This document shows, one piece after another, positions 35,501-44,087 of a DNA stretch of 64,000 bases. The notes beneath the pieces were generated by a model, which was given only the letters and a program-made list of their open reading frames with translations, had not been told where the DNA came from and did no database searches. Origin of the DNA: a virus; IMG/VR virus record IMGVR_UViG_3300009431_000004; one strand, given 5' to 3'. The translations under genes were made by a program, and so were the position numbers. Numbering within the stretch: the first letter of the stretch is position 1; each line of letters opens with the position of its first letter.

Positions 35501-35836
35501 GATGGGGAACACCCAGCCGTTGACGTTCGCCCAGACCACCGGGAACTCCCGGTCGCCCTCGTGAACTCCCACGGGGGTCTTGGGGTTGCCGAGGGTGAAG
35601 TAATTGGACCACGCCTGCGCGAACTGGTAGTCCTGCATGGGGCGCGTTGGGTCGAGGAAGAACCCGGACGGCATCATGGACTGGACCGCCTGCCGCTGGT
35701 TCTCCCAGTCCACCTGCCCTGCGAGGTTCAGCTCGGCGTCGAGAGGAGGCTTTCCCTTCTGGAACACCATCCCTGCGAACTGCCGATGAACGGCATCGAG
35801 GGTACGGGAGACGCCGTTTCCAAGGTCTTTGCTCAT
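29513..35836 (-). CDS. very large virion (tail/baseplate-associated) protein
   Basis: about 2100 aa, Gly/Asp/Thr-rich; N-terminal VFQKGKPPLDAELN shared with the 47828-51439 product; start MSKDLG with GGAGG RBS. Confidence 0.8.
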   Translation of the reverse strand: MSKDLGNGVSRTLDAVHRQFAGMVFQKGKPPLDAELNLAGQVDWENQRQAVQSMMPSGFFLDPTRPMQDYQFAQAWSNYFTLGNPKTPVGVHEGDREFPVVWANVNGWVFPIVGTDVDHEGDLRNLVKLYPPPESDARIDLVFLEAWLTNVAPNPSTVNKPAVDKLWKYGNVQYGGTNLADDLEDPTIGFETTERLQLQYRIRVFGSGAGLGASVALDIYPDGLGDPNVLGQGTATLPVAGLYYTNMGKELGDPALWRAGDGDPNNSLGTYDGYTYATPIAAVFRRNSNVYVAVTQSGNPNQNGAFDRSPGTKYLPDPLTGCRTLLTATLTSDLNDTDGVAALATIDVTNLNGSGWEDDKHVLTSCFMVLDDEIIGIGAVDLIANTVTIPAGGRGRYASAVGGHAAGTPILFYQPRPDGLYADQIAETDVLDLRRGANANDWDYTRLLSHNVAAILRGDLHTAWKRSGPGDTQGPVVHEVDYLFADGSTAVPNHTEALDGPDGIRQVWSDGAAIQRDLTLMLDNDATQDQNTVGFTNNTFDATCQWDVGPDFRPSGFMNVAGLASSNVWTNGTSIFLYIGGEDGSSGARGTFRDGSERAVRFLTPREYWKSGYPTLAPDNGDQYPWSMRFVDDGALAPATTMRAFEPAPPGLSAAEAARHVGPMYPWRHLWFEYPYVVLGGLLRPGLKLSVAAADLSVHANPAFVELDTGIDFDAAGVYYSKDAAGNFENTPANVSAPLLRDSRTLFGMLTADGKDRSGYSSEVYLVLYGDTVDRNNNGAFRVVGAGTAASGYTEYRASNATSLVLAPLSADFTAIDNTTGETLECEFRSQEHNADTASSHVGGSSDLCIVMTDLGGQLTSALAGLDPDHPWKAAHLGHGEAYDLEMPLDGSGVPIIENKMVLNMTLLYHPGRGGTARVADEFVRFAMKGGSTTQTVNGYLRQNRAALDTTFSAFSGIPSDETFWDAVHIQTWNRLPADGWHAPDGADMGGGLASFTETTREHELFIDRGSKTVVFRPFRDMEMTLHTFSFDDVMGGTECLLGGYNYPTGAMAAKDGLQIFTGSDTSGKQMGFVVPREFMPRFGRQDIPYFNRLGATDPFLPGINHLFIDSATLTRGVFNIIGGWSNLGSGPEVNPLFFTTDDPTHYGESATVVGTVNNHPQYKARKTTDIDENIALAPNVIADLEAVNSADLGKGLKGIQLPPYLGIARLYGVYDLRDWETKGGRTWKTNRYEVEDDPAPNLLRDDATQQTLFILQDGAQDLTQGTGDHTYIVPSNVIDITRALQYADGDEFEDYDYVVEATIFGFAHGFIDENNYVLVRHFNGAGTPPNIDGTDMEIEGVHMVVPTAAGYNHQCYAAYDRTVYQGDPYMTRSGDAKTNSDYEHRYGQLAMSHQWAVETVIQQYDSNGNFVPEIPNARAFEVLATMDFYTTMGTGKIGGIMRPGTSLDIGYTEMQSANGLPDYRAPDATDSPAWRILPRAYTEGQVTNPNRASIGLQGWTEGWNPSDTQYLIVRINKLDGTAVDLYASTPDNVAVLTAAPYNVPAGNIFLVDEFGKLTTYKETVNIAGPTTVEPGQVLMVGTATGELANAAVGDAVIVNPRVATLDDMYFVGRAGAGGVSIYMVNRWGCAFEQEVSVYDSVFDQNFDLSLIFPAPGNIPVGSSVVGTTTITGIGAEANTALIVADPQTGTLADGLVFTASVTNPGTDEVTLVVHNLTNAAVVSAGRPDQTFHICILKESEQATRRVNLNNYDLEVTVIHREENIAGTMRNLNDLIWQHPDLYQTLWGENDAGDAKVTLRAVPTGAEGNGISVEVRSEGVFPDTMAHYITVMTEWPNQLPYTGLTTFGHLQGGEDIPMNGGEGTSQLSLTGMTERLPMGVLLQDSDFICENPLRDNATAMNARPAGPRPVQTQIPLTTGGVEYTRSMGEPGELIALADGSVSVSSFAAWTEATPTGSRRFRIFRGGGSAYILSGDNPGGPIDWVSDTFPAASLPVLKGGVLACRAMLVRNFYEEANPAGGPYKVSDGDEIQMVVLTYGILGHPGEQEDGILLRGLIGPSGYGEGYAAADRYRIDGRPMVRAFTQETPNPALVQVAPHPNDRSPERRE

Positions 35837-35837
35837 G

Positions 35838-36578
35838 TCAGCCTCCACCTGCCAAACACTGTACCCCTTCAGGGTTGGCGCGGGCTAGGGGTCCTGTACC
35901 AAGAATAAAGGGAAGACCCGTAGGCCACCTCACTGGCAGCTTGCCGTTCTTTTTCTGGTTCTCCTGTCGGGGAATCCACCTCAGATTCGCAGGGGACCAG
36001 CAAATCGCAATTTGGTCTGAATCCTCATGGTCGAAGTATCCCGCAGGTACGATGTGGTCCAGCCAATGCTCTGAAGAAGGACGAGGACCTAATTCGTTAA
36101 AGATTGCTTCGTAATCTACCCCGTATTCTTTGGCGGGGCGGCGTTTCCCCGATTTCGACAGGATTTTCATCCTGTTATGGAATGCGACACGCAATAGGGT
36201 TCGGGTCCGCTTTTCGGGGTTCCCTTTTATTTTTTCCCAAGCTCTGCGTTGCGAAGCGGCTACTGTTTCAGGATGCTTGTCCCTCCAAGCCTTTTTCGTG
36301 GCGCGGTATTTCTCCGATTTGAGGTATCGGGCAGTACCCTCTTTTCGCAACTCTCTGCCCCTTGCTGTGGCAGCGTACTTCTTATTGTAGGCGGTGCATT
36401 GCAACTTATATTTGTCCGTTTGCCTGTACCTTCTGTCCGTAAGTGCTTTGCATTCCAAGCATTCCGTGGGAGTTCCGGCTTTGGCTCCTGTGAGTACAAG
36501 TCTGCGCCAACTTTTCCCGCTGCCGGGGGCTGACTCATGCCCTCTTTTACAGAGGGTTCCTAGAATACGGGCAGTCAT
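35838..36578 (-). CDS. free-standing HNH homing endonuclease
   Basis: start revised to MTARIL (TGATG overlap); CKRGH..CLEC, basic helix, WLDHIVP..CWSPANLRWIPRQENQKKN; AT-richer. Confidence 0.88.
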   Translation of the reverse strand: MTARILGTLCKRGHESAPGSGKSWRRLVLTGAKAGTPTECLECKALTDRRYRQTDKYKLQCTAYNKKYAATARGRELRKEGTARYLKSEKYRATKKAWRDKHPETVAASQRRAWEKIKGNPEKRTRTLLRVAFHNRMKILSKSGKRRPAKEYGVDYEAIFNELGPRPSSEHWLDHIVPAGYFDHEDSDQIAICWSPANLRWIPRQENQKKNGKLPVRWPTGLPFILGTGPLARANPEGVQCLAGGG

Positions 36579-37408
36579 CAAAAAAGTACCGCGAAGGCCG
36601 CGATGTAAATCTTGTCGCTGGTCGTGTTCTTGAACGCCAGCCTGAAGGCCGTGGTGCCGGAGGTGAAGGCGATGCCTTCCAGAAGCCCCACTTCGCACCA
36701 GTGGCCACCGTCATCGGGAGAAATCCAGACGGTGAACCCGTCCGGCTCTTGGTCCGTCTCGTACAGGTTGCGGTATGCCGGGGTGTTCTCCCCCGCGTGC
36801 GCCCCGTAATTGGCCTGTCGGTCATCCGTCACATCGAAAGCGTAGAGCTTCCAATAGACCATGAACTCGTCGGCCCCAGCCGCACCCGTGTAGGCGGAGA
36901 TGTCGATGTTGTCGGTGATGAGCATCCCCGGATTGGGAGGTTGCGTGGACGGCACCGCCTCGTTGGCCGGAAGGAGGGCCGTCAGCATCGGGAAGGTGCC
37001 GTGGTCCTCCGGGTACGAGGCCGGGCGGCCTACCTGACATCTGCATGGGTACAGAACCGGCGCGTTGGGCGGGGACGGTCCCCAAGGAGCCGGGGCGTCG
37101 TAGTCCGCGAACTCTGCGTCCACGTCCAGCTCATCGACGTGCGCCTCGGTCAGCAGCGGGTTGAAGTAGATGTACTCGAACATCGGGTACATGGCGACGA
37201 GCTGGGCATACGCCTTGCTCGAAATATCGCCGCCATCGATGGGCAGCACGTAGTCGGTGTCCTCGACCTCGAAGTCCACGCCGTGAACGATGGGGAGGGC
37301 GTACTTCCCATTGATGGGAATCGGGGTGTCTTCGGACGGGACTTTCTCGACCTGTGTGACGCTGGGAGCGCCTGCCGCGTGCGTTCTCCAATCAACAAGG
37401 ACTCGCAT
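36578..37408 (-). CDS. putative virion structural protein
   Basis: 276 aa, acidic and beta-rich, within the structural module; GGAGG RBS. Confidence 0.7.
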   Translation of the reverse strand: MRVLVDWRTHAAGAPSVTQVEKVPSEDTPIPINGKYALPIVHGVDFEVEDTDYVLPIDGGDISSKAYAQLVAMYPMFEYIYFNPLLTEAHVDELDVDAEFADYDAPAPWGPSPPNAPVLYPCRCQVGRPASYPEDHGTFPMLTALLPANEAVPSTQPPNPGMLITDNIDISAYTGAAGADEFMVYWKLYAFDVTDDRQANYGAHAGENTPAYRNLYETDQEPDGFTVWISPDDGGHWCEVGLLEGIAFTSGTTAFRLAFKNTTSDKIYIAAFAVLF

Positions 37409-37627
37409 CCTGAGCCTCCCGTCGTGCGTTTCGATAGCCTCTTTTTAGAACAGGCTTTCACCTTTGTCCTAAAATAGAGGAAAAACCGACCTAACTGACC
37501 GCCCCTTGATTCGTCAGTGGTTTTGCCTTCCAAACTTCTTGGAAGAACCAGCAACCACTGGTTTTCAAAGAACGTATTAGACATCATACCGCTGCCCTAG
37601 ACGACCTTGCGAATATTTCCCTATTCA

Positions 37628-37659
37628 GGGGGCTTAGAGCCGAAACTGGCGAGTTGAGT
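37628..37659 (+). promoter_or_regulatory. 32-bp conserved upstream element, copy 3
   Basis: identical to the reverse complement of 24593-24624; 33 nt before the lipoprotein ATG. Confidence 0.75.
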
Positions 37660-37692
37660 ACATGAGAGGAGAATTTCCAAGGAGGCCAAACG

Positions 37693-38571
37693 ATGAAGAC
37701 CTTGAAGCTGATGCTCATTTTGGCCATCACGGCCATGGCGCTGGGATGCGGAGCCGACGGCCCGAATCCCGAGCTGATTACGTGGAATCCTGACCAGTTC
37801 TCGACGCTGGACTACGTGGACTCGCAGGTACGGTGCTGCGTCCACCCCGAGGGGGATGAGCAGCTCTACTGCCTCTACCCGTCAGACACCCCGGCAAGCG
37901 GGTTCACGGAGCTGCGTACAATCCATTTCGACGCCGAGGGCAACGGGTATTCGGGTGCGAATGACTTGAAGGAGGTCTGTCCCGAAATCTGCAACCCCGG
38001 AAGTGCCGGTGGGGCCAAGTGCGAGAAGTTCCCCATCATCGGCCCGGACGGCACCATCGTACCGCCGAGGCTGGAAGTGGTGGAATGCCCCGGAGTCGCG
38101 GCAGGGAAGACCCTCATCGGTGAACCGTGGCCGGAAGACAGGCTGTGCTATTGGGATACGGAACTCGAATTTACATGCGCCTTCGATTCCCCGCTGAATG
38201 TGGCTGACCCTGACCTGTGCCTCCCCTTGATGTGCGCGGGCGACCCGGACAGCCCGAATCTCAAGTGCCAGATGGCGGGGTGTGTCCCGCCCGAAACGAC
38301 TTATGAGGACTGCGACAAAACACTATTCGCCGTGTACTACGCTGGCCCCTTTGAAGGTGGCGTGATTCTCACGGCACCCCAATATGGTTACTGCGAAGGG
38401 AAGGTCTACAGTGACTTCTTCATCCCGGCGGAAGGAAGTGAACCCGGATGCCCCGTTCTTGGGACATGCAATGCCCTCGGTACGGTGTGTCAGGGGACCG
38501 GAACCGAACGGCCCGACCTGACTTTCGCAGACCGGACGGACCAAGAACAGGCCGCGCCCCTTGCCAATTAG
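37693..38571 (+). CDS. Cys-rich lipoprotein
   Basis: MKTLKLMLILAITAMALG|C lipobox; many Cys residues; AAGGAGG RBS. Confidence 0.85.
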   Translation: MKTLKLMLILAITAMALGCGADGPNPELITWNPDQFSTLDYVDSQVRCCVHPEGDEQLYCLYPSDTPASGFTELRTIHFDAEGNGYSGANDLKEVCPEICNPGSAGGAKCEKFPIIGPDGTIVPPRLEVVECPGVAAGKTLIGEPWPEDRLCYWDTELEFTCAFDSPLNVADPDLCLPLMCAGDPDSPNLKCQMAGCVPPETTYEDCDKTLFAVYYAGPFEGGVILTAPQYGYCEGKVYSDFFIPAEGSEPGCPVLGTCNALGTVCQGTGTERPDLTFADRTDQEQAAPLAN

Positions 38572-41500
38572 TTGTCATTGCCCGGATATGCCGCCCCACC
38601 ACCTGCCGGTACAAGGCCGCCCCAGATATTGGCACACCTGTTACCAATAACAGGAGTGACAAGCGGCCCCAGCTCCGGGTCGGCTGGCGTGCCAGCGCCC
38701 GTATTGGTGATGTTGGCACACCTGTTGCCCATCACCGTGCAGCCTGTAGCTCCGGGGAGGTCAATGTCATCGTCCGCCGCGTTCCCATTGACCGTCGTGT
38801 TGGGGCCAACCGTGATTTTTCCGCCAGTTCCGCCGCTCGCCCGCACTTTGTTGTCTCCGACCGTACAGCCGGTGCCAGTGGTGAGGTCCCCCTCCAAGAT
38901 GTTGTTCCCGACAACCGTGTTGAAGTTCCCGAGAGTCATGTTGCCCGTGGTCAGGGTGTTGCCAGAGACAGTCCCCGCGTCGCCTTCGGTGATGTTGCCG
39001 CCTGTGACCTCATTCCCCGTAATCGTATTGAAGTCACCAGCCGTGATGGCCCCGGCCTTGACCTTGTTCCCCGTAACGGTGGTGTAGTTGTTCGTGGTGA
39101 TATTTCCCACAGTCACTTCGTTATCGGACACCTTGCAGTTGGCACCATTCGCCGTAATGTCCTTGCCGACCCGGTTGCCGGTGACTGAGGTGTCAGCGGC
39201 CACTATCACTTCCTCGGTCACGTTGTTGCCCACGACCGTACAAGTGTCCCCGGCAAGCTGGATGCCGTTTTCGGCCCCTATGCCCCACTCCCCGCGAATC
39301 CGGTTCCCAGTGACGGCCAGTAGGTCTGCCGTGGCGTAGCCCTGCAAACCTTCGACCACGTTGTTGTCCGCGATGACGGAGTTGATCCCGTTGCGACCTT
39401 GCGCCAAAGTCACATCCCCGATGGTCATCTTGCCGCCAACATAGTTCCCTGACACCACGCAGGCTTCCGTCGCAATGGTGTTACTCGTGCAAATCGAGAA
39501 ATCGCTGGTGCTGTGGTTATCCGAAGCCGTGCAACCCCCGCCGAGGATGTTGATATTCTCCGCTCGGTTCCCGTTGACGGTGGTAAAGCTGTCGTTGACG
39601 GTGATGTCGCCGCCCCCGACCGGCAGGGAGTTCCCCAGCACCTTGTTGTAGTGGAGGGTGCTGACGTTGACGGTCAGATTGCCGCTGACGGTGTTGTTGG
39701 CGAGGATGTTCTGCCCGCCAGTCACGGCTACGTTCCCACCGACGGCATTGTCCACAACACGGCAATCGTCGATTTCGGTCCCGCCCACCCCGATGGTGAG
39801 GTCCGTGGTGATGAAATTCCCTTCAACCGTGCATTCACTCCCCCTGATGGCCATGGTGGTCAGGCACGAGTTCCCACTGACAAGGACCCCCGTCTCGTTG
39901 ACCTGAAGCACCCCAAGGTCGTTGTCCCGGCATTCAGTACCCGCAGAACCCGAGACACCAGTGGCAATCATCAAGCCCGTAGGAGCGTTGTTTCGGTGGA
40001 CCCGTGCGTCGAGTGATTCCACCATCATGGTATTGCCCGAGTTGGCGATGATTTGGTCCGTGTCCCCAGTCACGACCATGATTTCCCGGTCGCCTACCCC
40101 TCCTCCACTTATTGTGATGGTGTTTCCTTCGGCTCGGCATCTCGTGGTGTTGATGAAGTTCAGGCCGCGCTTTTCGGGGTAGATGGCAGCGACCCCTGTG
40201 TGGACCAAGAGAAGGTTATTGTCCAGAACCGAACAGTCCTCACAATCAATGAGGTTCACCCCGAGGTCTTGTGTGGACTGGATGGCGTTCCCAGAGAAGA
40301 CATTGTGCTGGGCTTCCACCCGGATTCCGTTCCTGAATCGGAGGATGGAGTTGTCTGATACCACATTGTCCGGGTTAAAAGTCGGCTGCGTTGCGGCCAT
40401 GCCCCAAACAATGCCGCCGGTTTCCGGGTGGCCCGCCTGCATCCCGCCGGGGGTCGAGTCCTGTACAAACCTGTTACCGGAGATGACACACCGGACAAAC
40501 ATACTGTACGGGTTCTGTGGGAAGCCATACAACCCGAAGTCCAGCAAAGCCTCCCCGTGGTTGTTCGTGATGCGGGAGTCCACGAGGCTGCCTGTGGTGA
40601 CATAGACCGCAGAGTCCACGGAGAAGAATCCTTGAGCTGGACCCGTGACCCTGTTGTCGTCCAGAATGACCCGGTTACAGGTAGGCCCGGTGTTGGTGAA
40701 CACTGGCCTGACTGGCGTTGCCTTGTCCCTGTCCGGGCCGGGGTCTGCGACAGTACACTCGAAATTAACCCCTCGGAAAACGATGTCGTCATGCCCATTG
40801 AGGTCGATGAGTGCGCTATCCGGTTCACCCCACCGAACCTTGCACGCAGTCGTCCAATTTACCCGAGGATTGCTCGTCACCATGATGCCGTCAGACTGAA
40901 TCTGGATGGGGACACGGGTATCGTCCTCGTCCGTGTACCCGACGACTTTTATGTGGACGTGACGACCGGGGTTGCCCGATTCGGGGGTCTGAATCTCACT
41001 CGCGTAGGCAATAGCGTCTGCGAGGTTGTCGAAATGTGGTGTGTGAGGTTCCAGCCCTTCGACCATGCCCACGTAGATGTCCACCCGCTGGTCGATGTCT
41101 TCGAGCGGGTAGCGCATGTCGATGACGGTCCCGAAGGCCGTCCCGACTCCCGTAATGTCCACCCGGTACATGAGGATGGTGCCGGGGGTCACGACAGGAA
41201 TGACGGGAGAGATGGCCCATTCGTGGCAGTCCCCCGGCAGGTCGTTCTCTTCCAGATAGAGGTAGTAGGTGTCATCCACCGCCGGGAGGGACACGACGCC
41301 CGCCGGGAGCGTGATGCGTTTCCCCTCGAAGATGATGGTGTACTCGGAGTAGGGGATGTCCACGGTCGCGCCGAAGACAGCCGAGCCGAGGTCCAGCTCG
41401 CCGCCTTCGAGGAGCCACGAGGAGAACAGGTCGTCGAGCAGCTCCGTCTGGGAGTTGCCCAGCGTGTTCCGGGGCGTGACCAAGACGGACCCGTCGAGCT

Positions 41501-44039
41501 GGTCCGTGACGTGCGCGTCCGCGAAGCGAAGGGCCGCGCCGCGCTTTGCTTGTCCGTAGGTCGTGTCCTGCTGGTAGTCGGTGCCGAATCGACCATTCGT
41601 CGCATGGACCGGGAGCTGAACGCTGCGCCGCAGGACCGCGACGTGCGTGCCAGCGGTGATGGCCAGAGAAGCCCCGTCCAGCCCTCCGCCCCAGATGTTG
41701 CGGAGGCGGGTCGTTCCGGCATCGTTCACGGCCCCGTAGTAGCCCCACGTCGTGGCGCGAACCACGGTGTCCTCGTAGACCGCCTCCCCGTTGGGCGTCG
41801 TTCCTTCCAGAATCTCGATGAAGCCGGTCTGCGGAAGCTGGTCCGCGACCTCCCCGGTGAGGACGATTTCGAGAGGGGCAATCGTCGGGTCAGGGACGCT
41901 GACGGATTCGAGGGTCTGGGCTTCCAGCGGAACGTAGCAGCGTTCACCGTAGACATCCTGCCCGTCTGTCTGCGTATCCCCCGTGGCACAGGCCGCTTCC
42001 CCTCCGGTGTAGTTATCGACGCCGGTCGCTCGCGGTGCGGTCCCGAGCTGGCCCTCCTCCCTCGAATAGGGGACGCACGAGCAGAAGATGACCAGTTCAC
42101 CACGGGGGTTGTCGGAGGCCGTGAACACACCCGCGACCGTCGGCCACAGGTCACTGCCTTCCTTGGGGGCTTCCGAGCAACGAATGAGGCCGTTGGCGTA
42201 GTCGATTTCAACCCATTGCTCGGACAGGCTGTAGGTACTGGGGTTCAGGACCACCTCGTTGGAGTCCACCGGGCGGTCGAAGTCCGGGATGATGGCCCCG
42301 GAAATGGGGTGCAGCTTGGCCGGGAACAGGACCATGCGGAACCCGAGGTCGTACAGGTTTCCGGGGTCCGCGTTGCTGTTCGATGCCCCCTCGTCAGAGG
42401 AGCCGGTGTCGAAGATGGCCCGGTCGGGAAGGTTCGGCCCGAGGCCGGGGAGGTCGTTCTTGAGGCTGGCCTTGACCCAGTTGGGGTCGATGAGGACGGT
42501 CAGCCGGGCAGAGTCCACCTTGTCGTAGTCGAAGTGGTCCCCGGTCCAGAGCGACGAGATGGAGTCGTGGACCGTTATCTTGAGGTTGATTCCGTCGCCC
42601 GCCGCGATGCCGATTTGTTCCAGATTGAACGCAAGGGACGGTCCCCAGAAGGCCCGCCCCGACACCGGGTCGTACTCGTCGATGCGCCGGACCACGTAGA
42701 GGTCAATCCCAAAAACCTTGTCAACGACCTCGAACCACCCGAGGAGGGACTCCAACGGAGCCTGCCAGCCCGAAGCCACATCGACGTTCAGTTGGCCGTC
42801 CTGCTTCACATCCACTTGGGTAATGTGGACGATGCTGCCAATCCATCGGCCTGCCGTGCCACCAAGCTCGTCAATCCTGATGCCCATCCGGGCCGGACCC
42901 CAATCCACAACGGCGGGGTCGCCCACTTCGCCACAGAGACGGCCCGTGGTGGTGAACGAGGGCTTCGGAACCGGGAGCTGCGGCATCTGGATGTAGTCGT
43001 CGTCGGCAGCCTTGGTGCCGTCGGCGGGGACGGGGATGCCATCCTCGAAGAAGGGATTGGCCGTCCACTCGTGGTAGGGGTACTGGTTGTCCGCGTTGAG
43101 CGACCGCTCCGGCGGGATGACCACGAAGGTCTTGGACTCCGTGGGGTTGCCCGAGTCCGGCACTGCGAGGCACCGGGTGGCCTTCGGCTCAAGGAACATG
43201 ATTTGCCGACAACAATGCTCTTGTCCGGGGACGAGTGCAGGGAACTCGAAGTAGTCACGGGGTGGTTTGGCGGGGTCGAGCGTGACGGTGTTGCCCGTGA
43301 TGTCGGTGACGCGGAAGATTTCCTGCTTCGAGTGGTCCGTGAGAGGAACGATGTTGACGAATCCACCTGCGCTGGGGTTGACATACCCGTCACCCAACCC
43401 GCCGTCACCAGCGATGGCAGGACCGGCCAGTGCGCCTTCCTCGCCCGTCTGGGTGAACACGACGTACAGTCCGCAGGGGAAGCGAGCCTCCCAGTCGGAA
43501 CCGTCGAACCCGTAGTAATCGGGGAAAACGTAAGGGATGACAGGCAGCGGCGGACCCGGAGGGGAGGCAATGCTGTACGCCTCCGAGGGGCAGATAATCA
43601 TGCGTAGCCCGGTGGCCGGGACGTTATCGAAAAGCACCCATTGGATATTCGTGTGCCAGTTCTTGAGGGTCGGGCCGACGACAGCGAAGGAGATGGGATG
43701 GCCCAGCAGGGAGCCGCCCTTGGAGCCGAAGCGGTTGGTCCCGTGCGCGTAAGGGGCGAAGTTGATTTCCTGCATCCCGAGACGCCCGAGCATGTACGGG
43801 ACCGTCTGGACTGCGTTGGGGCCGAGGGACTGCTGGTCATCCTCGGTGGCGATGGGGAAACCACCCCACTGTCCAGCCCATGAGCCACCGAGGCCCTGCG
43901 TCACGAGGGCCGCCTGAGCCACCTTCCCGGTGGGGACGGTCGTGAGCCGGGACAACTTCTCTTGCCATGGCTCGCGGCCTGATTGCGTCGTGCTGGTCAG
44001 CCGGTTGGCTCCCAACGTCTCGTTCGGGTCTTCAGGCAT
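38568..44039 (-). CDS. large tail fibre/tailspike-like protein with C-terminal right-handed beta-helix
   Basis: 1823 aa; the C-terminal ~750 aa are recurrent xVxGN/xIxDN rungs. Confidence 0.8.
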   Translation of the reverse strand: MPEDPNETLGANRLTSTTQSGREPWQEKLSRLTTVPTGKVAQAALVTQGLGGSWAGQWGGFPIATEDDQQSLGPNAVQTVPYMLGRLGMQEINFAPYAHGTNRFGSKGGSLLGHPISFAVVGPTLKNWHTNIQWVLFDNVPATGLRMIICPSEAYSIASPPGPPLPVIPYVFPDYYGFDGSDWEARFPCGLYVVFTQTGEEGALAGPAIAGDGGLGDGYVNPSAGGFVNIVPLTDHSKQEIFRVTDITGNTVTLDPAKPPRDYFEFPALVPGQEHCCRQIMFLEPKATRCLAVPDSGNPTESKTFVVIPPERSLNADNQYPYHEWTANPFFEDGIPVPADGTKAADDDYIQMPQLPVPKPSFTTTGRLCGEVGDPAVVDWGPARMGIRIDELGGTAGRWIGSIVHITQVDVKQDGQLNVDVASGWQAPLESLLGWFEVVDKVFGIDLYVVRRIDEYDPVSGRAFWGPSLAFNLEQIGIAAGDGINLKITVHDSISSLWTGDHFDYDKVDSARLTVLIDPNWVKASLKNDLPGLGPNLPDRAIFDTGSSDEGASNSNADPGNLYDLGFRMVLFPAKLHPISGAIIPDFDRPVDSNEVVLNPSTYSLSEQWVEIDYANGLIRCSEAPKEGSDLWPTVAGVFTASDNPRGELVIFCSCVPYSREEGQLGTAPRATGVDNYTGGEAACATGDTQTDGQDVYGERCYVPLEAQTLESVSVPDPTIAPLEIVLTGEVADQLPQTGFIEILEGTTPNGEAVYEDTVVRATTWGYYGAVNDAGTTRLRNIWGGGLDGASLAITAGTHVAVLRRSVQLPVHATNGRFGTDYQQDTTYGQAKRGAALRFADAHVTDQLDGSVLVTPRNTLGNSQTELLDDLFSSWLLEGGELDLGSAVFGATVDIPYSEYTIIFEGKRITLPAGVVSLPAVDDTYYLYLEENDLPGDCHEWAISPVIPVVTPGTILMYRVDITGVGTAFGTVIDMRYPLEDIDQRVDIYVGMVEGLEPHTPHFDNLADAIAYASEIQTPESGNPGRHVHIKVVGYTDEDDTRVPIQIQSDGIMVTSNPRVNWTTACKVRWGEPDSALIDLNGHDDIVFRGVNFECTVADPGPDRDKATPVRPVFTNTGPTCNRVILDDNRVTGPAQGFFSVDSAVYVTTGSLVDSRITNNHGEALLDFGLYGFPQNPYSMFVRCVISGNRFVQDSTPGGMQAGHPETGGIVWGMAATQPTFNPDNVVSDNSILRFRNGIRVEAQHNVFSGNAIQSTQDLGVNLIDCEDCSVLDNNLLLVHTGVAAIYPEKRGLNFINTTRCRAEGNTITISGGGVGDREIMVVTGDTDQIIANSGNTMMVESLDARVHRNNAPTGLMIATGVSGSAGTECRDNDLGVLQVNETGVLVSGNSCLTTMAIRGSECTVEGNFITTDLTIGVGGTEIDDCRVVDNAVGGNVAVTGGQNILANNTVSGNLTVNVSTLHYNKVLGNSLPVGGGDITVNDSFTTVNGNRAENINILGGGCTASDNHSTSDFSICTSNTIATEACVVSGNYVGGKMTIGDVTLAQGRNGINSVIADNNVVEGLQGYATADLLAVTGNRIRGEWGIGAENGIQLAGDTCTVVGNNVTEEVIVAADTSVTGNRVGKDITANGANCKVSDNEVTVGNITTNNYTTVTGNKVKAGAITAGDFNTITGNEVTGGNITEGDAGTVSGNTLTTGNMTLGNFNTVVGNNILEGDLTTGTGCTVGDNKVRASGGTGGKITVGPNTTVNGNAADDDIDLPGATGCTVMGNRCANITNTGAGTPADPELGPLVTPVIGNRCANIWGGLVPAGGGAAYPGNDN
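38838..39107 (-). repeat. five tandem 18-aa beta-helix repeats
   Basis: GNITTNNYTTVTGNKVKA/GAITAGDFNTITGNEVTG/GNITEGDAGTVSGNTLTT/GNMTLGNFNTVVGNNILE/GDLTTGTGCTVGDNKVRA. Confidence 0.8.
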
Positions 44040-44087
44040 CTTTCTCTCCTGCCGTCTAATTCAGCAGATTTATAGTCTCTCCACCGA

